A stretch of 64,000 nt of DNA from an uncultured delta proteobacterium (GTDB lineage: Bacteria; Myxococcota; Kuafuiibacteriia; Kuafuiibacteriales; Kuafuiibacteriaceae): positions 32,001 to 96,000 of the forward strand of contig CAWDML010000001.1 in the NCBI GenBank assembly GCA_963803435.1, read 5' to 3'. How positions within the stretch are numbered: the stretch's first letter is position 1; each line of letters begins with the position of its first letter. A program made the translations under genes and the position numbers. Below the pieces are notes generated by a model. That model ran no database searches. It was not told the DNA's origin and saw only the letters and a list, made by a program, of their open reading frames with translations. Below, piece by piece: positions 29,344 through 39,010 of the stretch.

Positions 29344-31925
29344 GGCGGCACATCGTTGAGCGCGCCCGCGAAGGTGAACTGCGTGTGGCAGTTCTCGCAG
29401 TCGAAGCTCTTCATCTGGTTGATGCCGACGCCGCCCGTGATGTAGAACGGCGCGCCGGCCGGATCCCCCTGCTGCTGATAGACGTCGTTGCCCTGCCCCT
29501 TCCCGTTGTTCCCGACGTGCCAGGGCGCCTGCAGATAGTCTCGCAGGTGGCAGTTGTAGCAGCGCGGGTTCTTGCCCAGGAAATAGTTCCCGGCGAGGTG
29601 GCACTGGCGGCACTCGAGCGAGCGATGCATGCCCTCGAGCACGTAGCCCGTGTCGGTGTGCGTGAACGTCGTCGGTACCCAGCCGTCCTGGAGATGGCAG
29701 GAGCCGCACTCGGATCCGAACGACCCGGCGTGGATGTCGTCCTGCGCGTGGCAGGTCCCACAGCGCTGCCCCTTGCCTCGCATGCTGCCCGCACCGGTGT
29801 GGCAGGTCGCGCAGGCGACGATGGTATGGGCGCCGGTCAGCGAGAAGCCGGCCGACTCGTGGTAACCGTTGCGCGGCGGGGCCGCCCACTGCTCGAAGCC
29901 GTGGCAGGAGTCGCACTCCAGCTTGCTCCGCACCTGGTGCGGATCCGGGTGGCAGGTGTCGCACTCCTTCCCCGCCACGCGGAACAAGAGATCGAGCGGC
30001 GCGCCCGGCGGAGCGACGGCCACCTTCTGCGTCGAGGCGTCCGAGCCCGGTAGGACCGGTTGACGCGCGTCCTCCTCCTTCGAGGCTTTCGGCCCGTTCT
30101 CGTCGTTCGAGGGGAGCGCGATCGGCTTACTCCCCTTCGCGGGCTCCACCAGGAAGTGGCAGCGCTCGCATTCGATCCGCGCGTGCACGCCCTCCTGCTT
30201 GAAGTCGGTGTGGACGTTGTGGTCGAACTTCGGCGCGCCGCCGGTGGTCTCGTGGCACTTGGCGCAGTCATCGCCGAGCTTCTTCTGGTGGACGTCATCC
30301 TTCGCGTGGCACGAGAAGCACTGCATCTTCTCCAGCTTGTACTTCCGCTTCGGATGGCACTCGTCGCACGACACCAGCTGGTGAAAGCCGGTGAGACTGA
30401 AGCGCGAGTCGCGGTTGTGATCGAAGACCAGCGTCTTGAAGTTCTCACCGCCGGTGTGGCACTTCGCGCAGTCCTTCCCCAGCTCGCCCTGATGGATGTC
30501 GGTATGGCAGCCGAAGCACTGCGGCTCGAGGCCCGTGTACTTGACGGCGTTCCGGCACTGGTCCGTCTCCCCCAGGTTCTGCGGCTTGTGGCAGCGCTCG
30601 CACTCCACCTTCGCGTGCGCGCGCTCGAGCGGGAAGCGCGTGAGGTTGTGATCGAACTTGGACGTGCGATCGCCGCCGCGCACGTGGCACCGCTCGCAGT
30701 TCTTCAACCCGAACTGACCGCAGTGGGCCTTCTGGTGCCGATGGCAATCGGCGCACTGGGTGGTCTTGAAGCGCTCGTAGCCCGCCGCCAGTCCGCCCCG
30801 GTGACACTCGGTGCAGGGCGCCGTCTGGTGCTTCCCGGTCAGCTCGAACTTCGTCTTCTTGTCGTGGTCGAAGACGATCGTCGCCTTGAAGCCCTGCTCG
30901 GTGTGGCAGCCCTCGCAGGTCTCCTTGCCGAACCGACCCTCGTGGATGTCCTTGTGGCAGCCGACGCAGGCCATCTTCGGCTTCTCCGGCGGGCTGTTGA
31001 TCTTGTGGCAGTCCTTGCACTGGTTCTTCAGGTGCTGCCCGCGCAGCGGGAAGTGCGTCTCCTTGCCGTGATCGAACTTCGTGTTGCGGAAGTTCGTCTT
31101 CATCGAGTGGCACTGCTGGCACTTGCGGGTCGCCGAGATCACCGACTTGTGGGAGTCCTCGTGGCACCCCTTGCAGTCCGCGAAGTCGTGATCCTCTTTC
31201 TTCACCTTGAAGGTCTCGATGTTGTCCTTGTGGCACTGGATGCACTTGTTCCGCTGATGGAACCCGACCAGCGGGAAGGCCGTCTTGTCGTGATCCCACT
31301 TGGTGGCGCCCAGGTTCGCGACCAGGAAGTTGTTGAAGTTATGGCAGACCTGGCAGTCCGTCAGCGACGAGTCGGTGAACTGGTGCGGGTTGTAGCCGCC
31401 GATGCCCTTGTCCTTCTTCGTGCCGTGATGGCAGGTGGTGCACTCCTCCCGCATCCCGAGATACGTCGGCAGCTTCGACTCCGGATACTTCTCCGCGTGG
31501 CACTTCTCACAGTTCTGGAAGCGGTGCGCGCCGTCGAGCGGCCAGCCCGTGAGACGGTGGTTGAAGTTTGCCTTCCCGCCGAACGGCTTCCAGTCGATGG
31601 TGGTGCGACGGCCCTTGCCTGATCCCGGCGGCTCCTCTTTGTGCTCCGCGTGGCAGACCTTGCAGTGCTTGCTCTTCACGTCCTGCTGCGCGTGGAAGCC
31701 TTTGCCCGCTTGGATCCGCGCGCGCAGCTTCTGATGCGTATGGCAGGCGAGACACTTGTCATCCGGCACGCCGTTGCCGGAGTCGTGGCACTTGTTGCAG
31801 CCGACCGGGAAGCCGCCAAGCCCCTGGTGGGCCTTGGAGCGCGGGCCTGGCTCCTGGGCTCGAGCCGTGCCTTGGTGGAGCAGCACCGATACCAGCAGCA
31901 CCGATGCGATCGCGAATATCCTCAT
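29340..31925 (-). CDS. Multiheme cytochrome c, 30 CxxCH motifs in ten triheme modules
   Basis: Hand count of 30 CxxCH; Sec signal (ARA-Q); recurring FDH...F.L.G.H linker before every third motif. Confidence 0.95.
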   Translation of the reverse strand: MRIFAIASVLLVSVLLHQGTARAQEPGPRSKAHQGLGGFPVGCNKCHDSGNGVPDDKCLACHTHQKLRARIQAGKGFHAQQDVKSKHCKVCHAEHKEEPPGSGKGRRTTIDWKPFGGKANFNHRLTGWPLDGAHRFQNCEKCHAEKYPESKLPTYLGMREECTTCHHGTKKDKGIGGYNPHQFTDSSLTDCQVCHNFNNFLVANLGATKWDHDKTAFPLVGFHQRNKCIQCHKDNIETFKVKKEDHDFADCKGCHEDSHKSVISATRKCQQCHSMKTNFRNTKFDHGKETHFPLRGQHLKNQCKDCHKINSPPEKPKMACVGCHKDIHEGRFGKETCEGCHTEQGFKATIVFDHDKKTKFELTGKHQTAPCTECHRGGLAAGYERFKTTQCADCHRHQKAHCGQFGLKNCERCHVRGGDRTSKFDHNLTRFPLERAHAKVECERCHKPQNLGETDQCRNAVKYTGLEPQCFGCHTDIHQGELGKDCAKCHTGGENFKTLVFDHNRDSRFSLTGFHQLVSCDECHPKRKYKLEKMQCFSCHAKDDVHQKKLGDDCAKCHETTGGAPKFDHNVHTDFKQEGVHARIECERCHFLVEPAKGSKPIALPSNDENGPKASKEEDARQPVLPGSDASTQKVAVAPPGAPLDLLFRVAGKECDTCHPDPHQVRSKLECDSCHGFEQWAAPPRNGYHESAGFSLTGAHTIVACATCHTGAGSMRGKGQRCGTCHAQDDIHAGSFGSECGSCHLQDGWVPTTFTHTDTGYVLEGMHRSLECRQCHLAGNYFLGKNPRCYNCHLRDYLQAPWHVGNNGKGQGNDVYQQQGDPAGAPFYITGGVGINQMKSFDCENCHTQFTFAGALNDVPP

Positions 31926-31960
31926 TCGAATCCCGCCCTCGCGGATGCTGCCGAACGTTG

Positions 31961-31976
31961 TGCCATTTACGTGCCA
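31961..31976 (-). promoter_or_regulatory. Candidate sigma54 promoter of the cytochrome-barrel operon
   Basis: TGGCACGTAAATGGCA = TGGCACG plus GG-N10-GC spacing, 35 nt upstream of ATG 31925. Confidence 0.65.
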
Positions 31977-32050
31977 CCGAGTTCAACCCACATCGGGACC
32001 GGACACAACACGGCGCCGAAGACCGGAGTCTCCAGTGGCGGGGATCCAAG

Positions 32051-32064
32051 ACCCTAGCTAGGGT
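32051..32064. promoter_or_regulatory. Perfect 14-bp palindrome, possible activator binding site
   Basis: ACCCTAGCTAGGGT, ~75 nt upstream of the -24 element. Confidence 0.35.
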
Positions 32065-32075
32065 GCTGCCCGCAG

Positions 32076-32594
32076 TTGGCGTCACGAAAGACCGAGATCA
32101 AACGCTTCATGCGACGGCTCCCCGACCCGGCCACGCGCATCGCCTTTCTGCTGGCGGACGTGGAGGATCCGGTGAACGTCGGGTCGGCCTTCCGCATCGC
32201 CGACGCCTGCGGCGCCGACCGGATGGTGCTCTGTGGGATCACCGCGCGGCCGCCGCACAAGCTCATCGGGAAGGTCGGCCGCGGTAAGGATCAGCGCGTC
32301 ACCTGGGAGGCCGCCGAGGACGCGGTCGAAGCGATCGGCCGGATGAAGGCCGACGGGTGGCGGACGTTTGCGCTCGAGATCACCGGCTCCGCCCAGCCCT
32401 ACTACGAGGTCGAGTGGCCGGCGAAGACGTGCTTGGTGGTGGGCCACGAGGACCACGGCGTGACCAAGAAGGTGCTGGCCGCCTGCGACCAGACGGTCTT
32501 CCTCCCCATGTACGGCAAGGGCGCGTCGCTGAACGTCCACGTGGCGCTGGGGGTCCTCGCCTTCCACGTGCTCCATCACGACCGGATGTGTTAG
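32076..32594 (+). CDS. TrmH/SpoU family RNA methyltransferase
   Basis: DPVNVGSAFR, VVGHEDHGV, LPMYG..SLNV. Confidence 0.92.
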   Translation: MASRKTEIKRFMRRLPDPATRIAFLLADVEDPVNVGSAFRIADACGADRMVLCGITARPPHKLIGKVGRGKDQRVTWEAAEDAVEAIGRMKADGWRTFALEITGSAQPYYEVEWPAKTCLVVGHEDHGVTKKVLAACDQTVFLPMYGKGASLNVHVALGVLAFHVLHHDRMC

Positions 32595-32604
32595 CCACCG
32601 GTCC

Positions 32605-34347
32605 ATGGCCATGCGCGATCCCCACTCCCACGCCGACGACACCCAGCCGTCGACGCGCCACCTCAGCCTCGATCTCACCGTCGACTTCACCCGAAAGCAG
32701 GTCGGCGGCACCGCGACGCTCGAGCTCGATCGACCCGCCGAGGGCCGCCTCGATCTGGACACGCGCGGGCTGGTGATCCAAGCGGTGAAGGACGGCGCCG
32801 GCCAGCCGGTCCCGTTCGAGCTCGGCGCCGCCGATCCGATCAAGGGCGCGCCGCTCGTGCTCTCGACGCGGGCCGACCGCGTCGCGATCACCTATCACAC
32901 GGGACCCGACGCCTCGGCCCTCCAGTGGCTGGAGCCGTCCCAGACCATGGGGAAGAAGCACCCCTACGTCTTCACGCAGTGTCAGGCGATCCACGCGCGC
33001 TCGGTGATCCCGTGCCAGGACACGCCGCGCGTCCGCAGCACCTACGAGTGCGCGCTCTCCGTGCCACCGGCGCTGACCTCGGTGATGGCGGCGGCGATGG
33101 TGGAGCCGAACCGCTTCCGGATGCCGCAGCCGATCCCGAGCTATCTGTTCGCGTTCGCGGTGGGGAACCTGTCGGCTCGGGACCTGGGGCCGCGCTCCCG
33201 CATCTACTGCGAGCCTGAGCAGCTCGACCTGGCCGCCTGGGAGTTCGCAGGCGTCGACGGCATGCTGCTCGCCGCGGAGCGCCTCTTCGGTCCCTACCCG
33301 TGGGATCGCTACGACCTCCTGCTGATGCCGCCGGCGTTCCCGTACGGTGGGATGGAGAATCCGCGTCTCACGTTTCTGACGCCGACGGTGATCGCCAAGG
33401 ACCGCAGCCTCGTGAACGTGGTGGCGCACGAGCTCGCGCACTCGTGGACGGGCAACCTGGTCACGAACGCCGACATGAACCACTTCTGGCTGAACGAGGG
33501 GTTCACGGTCTACGCGGAGCGGCGGATCCTCGAGGCCCTCGACGGTGAGGAGGCCAAGGCCCTCCACGCGGCGCTGGGACGGATCGGGCTCGAGGAGGAC
33601 GTCGCACGCCTGGCGAGCCGCGACCCGCAGCTGACGCGGCTCGAGAACTCGCTCGAGGGCACCGATCCCGACGAGGTGTACTCGCTGGTCCCATATGAGA
33701 AAGGCTACCTGTTCCTGACACGGCTCGAAGTCGCGGTCGGACGCGAGCGCTTCGACGGGTTCCTCGGCCGCTACATCGACACGTTCCGCTTCCGCTCGAT
33801 CACCACACAGGACTTCCTGGCGTTCCTCGATCGCGAGCTTCCCGAGGCGAAGCAATCGGTGGACGTCGAGGCCTGGGTGCACGGCACCGGCATCCCCGCC
33901 GACGCGCCCGAGGCCCGCTCGTCGCGGCTCGATCGCGTGCGCGCGCTCGTCGATCGATGGGCCCGCGGCGATCGACCGAAGGAGGCCGAGCTCGCCGCGC
34001 TCGACGCGACCGAGTGGCAGGTCCTCCTGGGCCGCCTCGAGAAGACGCGCTCCGCGGACGACTGCGCCTGGCTCGACCGGACGTTCGGCCTCGCCCGCTC
34101 GAACAACTACGAGATCCGGGTCGCCTGGCTCACCATCGCGGCCGCCTCCGGTTGGGCGCCCGCCTACCCCGCGATCGAGGAGACGCTGCACGAGGTGGGG
34201 CGCATGAAGTATCTCCGCCCGCTCTACCAGGCGCTCATCGCCGAAGGCTCCGAAGGTGAGGCGGTCGCACGGCGCGCGTTCGAGCGTTCCCGCGCCGGTT
34301 ACCACCCGGTGGCCCAGGCGCTGGTCCGGGGTCTGCTCGGTCAGTAG
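32605..34347 (+). CDS. M1 family aminopeptidase (leukotriene A4 hydrolase-like)
   Basis: YGGMENP, HELAH-x18-E (WLNEGF), PYEKG, VGRMKY. Confidence 0.95.
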   Translation: MAMRDPHSHADDTQPSTRHLSLDLTVDFTRKQVGGTATLELDRPAEGRLDLDTRGLVIQAVKDGAGQPVPFELGAADPIKGAPLVLSTRADRVAITYHTGPDASALQWLEPSQTMGKKHPYVFTQCQAIHARSVIPCQDTPRVRSTYECALSVPPALTSVMAAAMVEPNRFRMPQPIPSYLFAFAVGNLSARDLGPRSRIYCEPEQLDLAAWEFAGVDGMLLAAERLFGPYPWDRYDLLLMPPAFPYGGMENPRLTFLTPTVIAKDRSLVNVVAHELAHSWTGNLVTNADMNHFWLNEGFTVYAERRILEALDGEEAKALHAALGRIGLEEDVARLASRDPQLTRLENSLEGTDPDEVYSLVPYEKGYLFLTRLEVAVGRERFDGFLGRYIDTFRFRSITTQDFLAFLDRELPEAKQSVDVEAWVHGTGIPADAPEARSSRLDRVRALVDRWARGDRPKEAELAALDATEWQVLLGRLEKTRSADDCAWLDRTFGLARSNNYEIRVAWLTIAAASGWAPAYPAIEETLHEVGRMKYLRPLYQALIAEGSEGEAVARRAFERSRAGYHPVAQALVRGLLGQ

Positions 34348-35231
34348 AACGCCATCAGGTCGCGGATGCGCGCGACCGTGCGGAGCTCGTGGGTGCGGAC
34401 GACGTGCGACCCGCACAGCATCGCGAGCACCGAGAAGAACGGCTCGGCGGCGCGACGCTCGTCGGCTCCGAAGAAGTCGGGTGCATGCGGCAGGATGTTG
34501 AAGACCGGAAAGCCGAGCTCGGCCAGACGGAACGTGTGGAGGAAGGTGTCGAGCTGGTGGCGCACGCGGAGCCGCCCGTCCTCGAGGTTCCGGTAGTAGA
34601 AGCCGAGCCCCGGATCGAGGAAACACTTCTCGACGCCCTTTCCACGCGCCGTCTCGGTGAGGTCGGTGAAGTAGCGGAGGAGCGCCTCCATCGGATCCGG
34701 CCCGAGCGCGAGGTCGTCCACGTCGCGAACGGTCTCGCCCTGCACGTGGCAGAGGATGACGGCCGCGCCGTGTCGTGCCGCCAGCTCGAAGACGGCGTCC
34801 GACTCCCGCATGCCGGTGAGATTGAAGATCTGCGCGCCGGCGTGGGCGCACGCCTCCAGGACCTCGGGGTGATAGCTCTCGACCGACACCAGCGCGCCCC
34901 GCTCGATCAGCCCCCGCACGACCGGGAGCAGGCGATCGAGCTGCCGCGCGACCTCCACGACCTCGGCGTCGGGCAGCGTCGATTCGGCGCCGACGTCGAT
35001 CGCATCGGCGCCCTGGGCGAGCAGCATCGCTCCCCGCGCGAGCGCGTCCTCCGCGGTCCGCGCGACGCTCTCTGCGTACCAGGAGTCGGGCGACAGATTG
35101 ATGACGCCCATGAGATGGCGGCGCCGCTCGAAGTCCCAGAGGCGGCCACCCACCTCGAAGCTCTTCACCGGATGCACCAGGGCCGCACCGTGTGAATCGA
35201 GCACCGCGCGGATCGTGCGAAGATCGAGCAT
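34341..35231 (-). CDS. folP: Dihydropteroate synthase-like pterin-binding protein
   Basis: MGVINLSPDS, IDVGAEST, LDPGLGF, VRTHE; lacks the SRK motif. Confidence 0.75.
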   Translation of the reverse strand: MLDLRTIRAVLDSHGAALVHPVKSFEVGGRLWDFERRRHLMGVINLSPDSWYAESVARTAEDALARGAMLLAQGADAIDVGAESTLPDAEVVEVARQLDRLLPVVRGLIERGALVSVESYHPEVLEACAHAGAQIFNLTGMRESDAVFELAARHGAAVILCHVQGETVRDVDDLALGPDPMEALLRYFTDLTETARGKGVEKCFLDPGLGFYYRNLEDGRLRVRHQLDTFLHTFRLAELGFPVFNILPHAPDFFGADERRAAEPFFSVLAMLCGSHVVRTHELRTVARIRDLMAFY

Positions 35232-35271
35232 CCGATCGATTCTATGCGTTGAACCGGACTAATATCGAGCC

Positions 35272-36465
35272 GTGAACGATCCTGCCCGGCTGATCGACCA
35301 GGTGGCGGCACGCCTCCGCCCCCACTATCGCCGCTTCCTCGAGCCGCTGGGTGAGCAGATCCTGCTGACGGGCCACTCGCACCAGGCCTGGCCCGAGGCC
35401 TCGCGCCTGGGACAGATCGCCGCGTGGGACGAGGCGGCGCAGCTGTGCGATCAGAAGTGGGGGCGCGTCCTGGGCGAAGTGCTGGACGAGTTCCGCCGGC
35501 ACGTCGCGAACCGGATCGGGACGGTCCGCGCGGACGACCTCGCGCTCGCACCCAACACCCACGAGCTCGTGTATCGGCTCTCGACCTGCTTCGATCCGAA
35601 CGGCGCGGTCGTCACCACCGACGCGGAGTTTCACTCGCTGCGCCGCCAGCTCGCCCGATCGGCCGAGGCGGGTCTGCAGGTCACGCGCGTCCCCACGGAG
35701 GAGCCCAACTTCGTCGAGCGTTTCCTGGCCACGATCGACGAGGTTCGACCCGACTGGGTGGCGCTCTCGCTCGTGCTGTTCACGAACGCCCGCATCCTGC
35801 CGATCGAGCCCATCCTCGAGCGGTGCGCCGAGCGAAACCTCCCGGTCCTCGTCGACGCCTACCATGCCTTCAACGCGATCGAGATGGACGTCGATCGCTG
35901 GCCGGGCACGGTGTTCGTGTGCGGCGGCGGCTACAAATACGCCCAGATGGGCGAAGGCGCCTGCTGGTTGCTCCTGCCGCGCGACGCCGAGCGCTTCCGT
36001 CCCGTCTACACCGGGTGGTTCGCGGACTTCGACAACCTCGAGTCCATCCAGGAGACCGTGTCCTACGCTTCGGGCGGCATGCGCTTCTTCGGCTCCACCT
36101 TCGACCCGAGCGCCCTCTATCGTGGTGTGTACGTGATGCGCTTCCTCGACGAGATGGGGATGAGCGCGCCGGCGCTCCGCGAGGTGTCGCTGGCGGCGAC
36201 CCGGCTGATGATCGACGCCTACGATCGCCACTCGCTCGCCGGCACGGGCCTGCTCCTGGCCACGCCCCGGGAGCCCTCCCTGCGCGGGAACTTCATCACC
36301 TTCCGCCGGGACGACGCGAAGCGCGTGTGCGCCCGTCTCGCCGAGCGCGGCGTCCGGACCGACGTTCGCGGACCGCTCCTCAGGGTGGGTCCCGCACCGT
36401 ATCTCACCAGCGCAGAGATCCTCCGCGGGATGGAGATTCTGGCCGAGGTTGCTCGCACGCCCTGA
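35272..36465 (+). CDS. Kynureninase-like PLP enzyme (aminotransferase class V)
   Basis: LTGHSHQAWP, VDAYH, GGGYKY, TGWFA. Confidence 0.8.
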   Translation: MNDPARLIDQVAARLRPHYRRFLEPLGEQILLTGHSHQAWPEASRLGQIAAWDEAAQLCDQKWGRVLGEVLDEFRRHVANRIGTVRADDLALAPNTHELVYRLSTCFDPNGAVVTTDAEFHSLRRQLARSAEAGLQVTRVPTEEPNFVERFLATIDEVRPDWVALSLVLFTNARILPIEPILERCAERNLPVLVDAYHAFNAIEMDVDRWPGTVFVCGGGYKYAQMGEGACWLLLPRDAERFRPVYTGWFADFDNLESIQETVSYASGGMRFFGSTFDPSALYRGVYVMRFLDEMGMSAPALREVSLAATRLMIDAYDRHSLAGTGLLLATPREPSLRGNFITFRRDDAKRVCARLAERGVRTDVRGPLLRVGPAPYLTSAEILRGMEILAEVARTP

Positions 36466-36475
36466 GCACGCTTCA

Positions 36476-38011
36476 ATGCCGGGCTCGGTGGCGGCGTTGA
36501 GACCCAAGGATTGGGTGCTGGGTATCGACCTCGGTACCACGAACACAGCGGCGGTCGCGTTCGGAGACGCTCCGGGGCCGGTGTCCATCCTTCACGGTCG
36601 CGACCGGCCGGTGATGCCGTCGGTCGTGTCGTTCAAGAACCCTCGCCTGCCGATCGTCGGTTGGATCGCGAAGGACATGCTCCTCTCCGATCCGCTCACC
36701 ACCATCTACGGCTGGAAGCGGTTCCTCGGGCGACCCGAGCGCAGCGAGTACGTCTCGCGCTATCGCGATCGCTTCCCGTTTCGGATCCACGCCAACCCGG
36801 AGGGACAGCTCGGGGCCGTCGTCGGCACGATGGTGTATCCGTTCACCGAGATCGCCGCGCTCGTGCTGGACCAGGTGCGGCTTCAGGCGAGCGCCGGGCT
36901 GGCGCGCGACCTCAAGAAGTGCGTCATCGCCGTACCGGCCCACTTCGCCAACGCCCAGCGCGAGGCCGTGATGGAGGCGGGGCGGCGCGCCGGCCTCGAG
37001 GTGCTCCGCCTGGTCAACGAGCCGACCGCGGCCGCCCTGGCCTTCGGCATCCACCAGCGGCTCGACAGCCGGGTGCTGATCTTCGATCTGGGCGGCGGGA
37101 CCTTCGACGCCACCATCCTGGAGGTGGTCGACAACATCTTCGACGTCAAGGCCACCCAGGGCGACGGCTTCCTGGGCGGGACCGACTTCGATCGCGCGGT
37201 CATGAACCACATGGTCGAGTTCTGCAAGAGCAAGCATCGGGTCGATCTCACCGAGGAGCCGGTGGTGGCGCAGCGCGTGCTCAACGCGGCCGAGGCGGCG
37301 AAGATCGCGCTCTCGTCGCAGGAGGCGATCCGCGTCCAGGTGCCGATGCTCGGCACCGACTCCCGCGGGAAGAAGTTCGACCTCGACTACGTGCTCTCGC
37401 GCGAGGAGCTCGAGCGGCTGACCGCGCCCCTCGTCGAGAAGACGATCGGCATCGTGGAGAAGATGCTCCTCAGCGAGGGCCTGACCGCCGGAGACATCGA
37501 CTACGTCATCGCGGTCGGCGGCCAGTCGCGCATGCCGCTGGTTCGCCGCCGGATCGCGCAGGTGCTCGGCAAGGAGCCACTCGCCCACCTCGATCCCGAT
37601 ACCTGCGTCGCGCACGGCGCTGCGCTGGTGGCGCACGGCCAGAACGATCTGGGCGGCGCCGTCCTGCTCGACGTGCTCTCGGTACCGATCGGCGTCGTCT
37701 TCCCGGGCGGCCGGACGGAGTTCGTCTTCCAGGCCAACACCTCGCTCCCGTCGACGGCTGTGGTGCGTCTCCCCGACCCGGGCGATCGCGGCCTCGTCAT
37801 CGGCTTCTGGCAGGGTGCCGACGTCACCTCGTCCGATCGTCAGGTCCTGGGCGTGGTCCGCATGACCCCTGGCCTGTTCAGCGTCGGCGCCGACTTCGGG
37901 CTCGAGGTGACGATGTCGGAGAGCCTCCAGCTCCAGGTCGCGTTCACCTCCAGCCTCGAGCGGGTCCCGCTCCTCCTCGAACGGCCCCGAAGCCCGAGCC
38001 CGGGCCGCTGA
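36476..38011 (+). CDS. Hsp70/DnaK-family paralogue with short C-terminus
   Basis: GIDLGTTN, VPAHF, NEPTAAAL, FDLGGGTFD, LGGTDFD, VGGQSRMP. Confidence 0.9.
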   Translation: MPGSVAALRPKDWVLGIDLGTTNTAAVAFGDAPGPVSILHGRDRPVMPSVVSFKNPRLPIVGWIAKDMLLSDPLTTIYGWKRFLGRPERSEYVSRYRDRFPFRIHANPEGQLGAVVGTMVYPFTEIAALVLDQVRLQASAGLARDLKKCVIAVPAHFANAQREAVMEAGRRAGLEVLRLVNEPTAAALAFGIHQRLDSRVLIFDLGGGTFDATILEVVDNIFDVKATQGDGFLGGTDFDRAVMNHMVEFCKSKHRVDLTEEPVVAQRVLNAAEAAKIALSSQEAIRVQVPMLGTDSRGKKFDLDYVLSREELERLTAPLVEKTIGIVEKMLLSEGLTAGDIDYVIAVGGQSRMPLVRRRIAQVLGKEPLAHLDPDTCVAHGAALVAHGQNDLGGAVLLDVLSVPIGVVFPGGRTEFVFQANTSLPSTAVVRLPDPGDRGLVIGFWQGADVTSSDRQVLGVVRMTPGLFSVGADFGLEVTMSESLQLQVAFTSSLERVPLLLERPRSPSPGR

Positions 38012-38079
38012 CTTGCAGCCTCTGCACGTCTCGAGGGCGTGATCGGGTTCGCGCGGGCGTATTTCTCCGGTGGCCGGTC

Positions 38080-38095
38080 TGGCACGTTCTCTGCG
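38080..38095 (+). promoter_or_regulatory. Candidate sigma54 promoter
   Basis: TGGCACGTTCTCTGCG (GG-N10-GC), 12 nt before ATG 38108. Confidence 0.5.
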
Positions 38096-38107
38096 AGCAG
38101 GGGTCGG

Positions 38108-38530
38108 ATGCAGATCACCCGCCGGGACGCCGCCGCTCAGTATGCGAGCCGCCTCGCGGAGCGCGGAGAGCTTCACATCGACAGCCTCTCGCAGGGGAGC
38201 TTGCGCCGGCTGGAGGTCGAGCAAGGCGGGCGCATGCTCGACGCCGCCGGCTCACAGGCGCTGACCTCTGATCAATTGCGGGACCTCGACGGCATCACCG
38301 CCGCGTTCGAGATGCACGCCCAGGCGCTCGACGGGTGGCATCCATACCGCAACGACGCCGACCTCACCGCCATGCGGACGGGCGAGGCGCAGGCCGGTGC
38401 GCGCGAGGGTCGAACGCTGGAGGCGAAGATCGATCAACGGCTGGCGGGGCTCGATCGAAGAAGCGCGGAGTATCGCCAGCTCTCCGCGATGCGCACGCGG
38501 CTCGATCAGGCGATCGCGCGGCTGCCGTGA
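38108..38530 (+). CDS. Hypothetical helical protein
   Basis: Fills the intergenic gap; high-GC3 codon pattern; no recognisable motif. Confidence 0.6.
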   Translation: MQITRRDAAAQYASRLAERGELHIDSLSQGSLRRLEVEQGGRMLDAAGSQALTSDQLRDLDGITAAFEMHAQALDGWHPYRNDADLTAMRTGEAQAGAREGRTLEAKIDQRLAGLDRRSAEYRQLSAMRTRLDQAIARLP

Positions 38531-38531
38531 G

Positions 38532-38996
38532 TCAGTCGCCGATCGAGAGTCGGTAGGTGAAGGTGGCGCCGGGCGGAACGTCGACCCACTCGGCGAGCTC
38601 GGTGTCGTCGAGCGCGACGCGGATCAGGTAGCGGCCCTCGATGATCTCGGTCGGCGGGAGCGGCGCCTGGCCCAGCTTCTTCTTGCCCAGGTAGACGGTC
38701 GCGCCTTCGGGCACGTCGAGCTTCAGGGTGCTGGTACCGAGGGGCTCAGCCTCGACGGGGCGTGGCTTGGGGCGAGAGCTGATCACCATCGGCTCGGGAT
38801 CTGCGACGACCTGGGCGACGATCTCCTCGCCCTCCATCTCCAGCGGCGGCGGCGGCGTGACGCGGGCCGGGGCCCGGAGCGGAGGGGCGGGCTCGGCGGA
38901 GGCCACCACCGCGCCCAGGACCAGCGCCGCCATGGCTGCGATCGGCATCACGATCTCCAGCGAGAGGCGGCGTTCGCGGAGGTTCACGTCGGACAT
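38532..38996 (-). CDS. PEGA-domain membrane protein
   Basis: TM helix, Pro-rich linker, PEGATVYLG..LGQAPL. Confidence 0.75.
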   Translation of the reverse strand: MSDVNLRERRLSLEIVMPIAAMAALVLGAVVASAEPAPPLRAPARVTPPPPLEMEGEEIVAQVVADPEPMVISSRPKPRPVEAEPLGTSTLKLDVPEGATVYLGKKKLGQAPLPPTEIIEGRYLIRVALDDTELAEWVDVPPGATFTYRLSIGD

Positions 38997-39010
38997 CTCG
39001 GTTGACCGAT

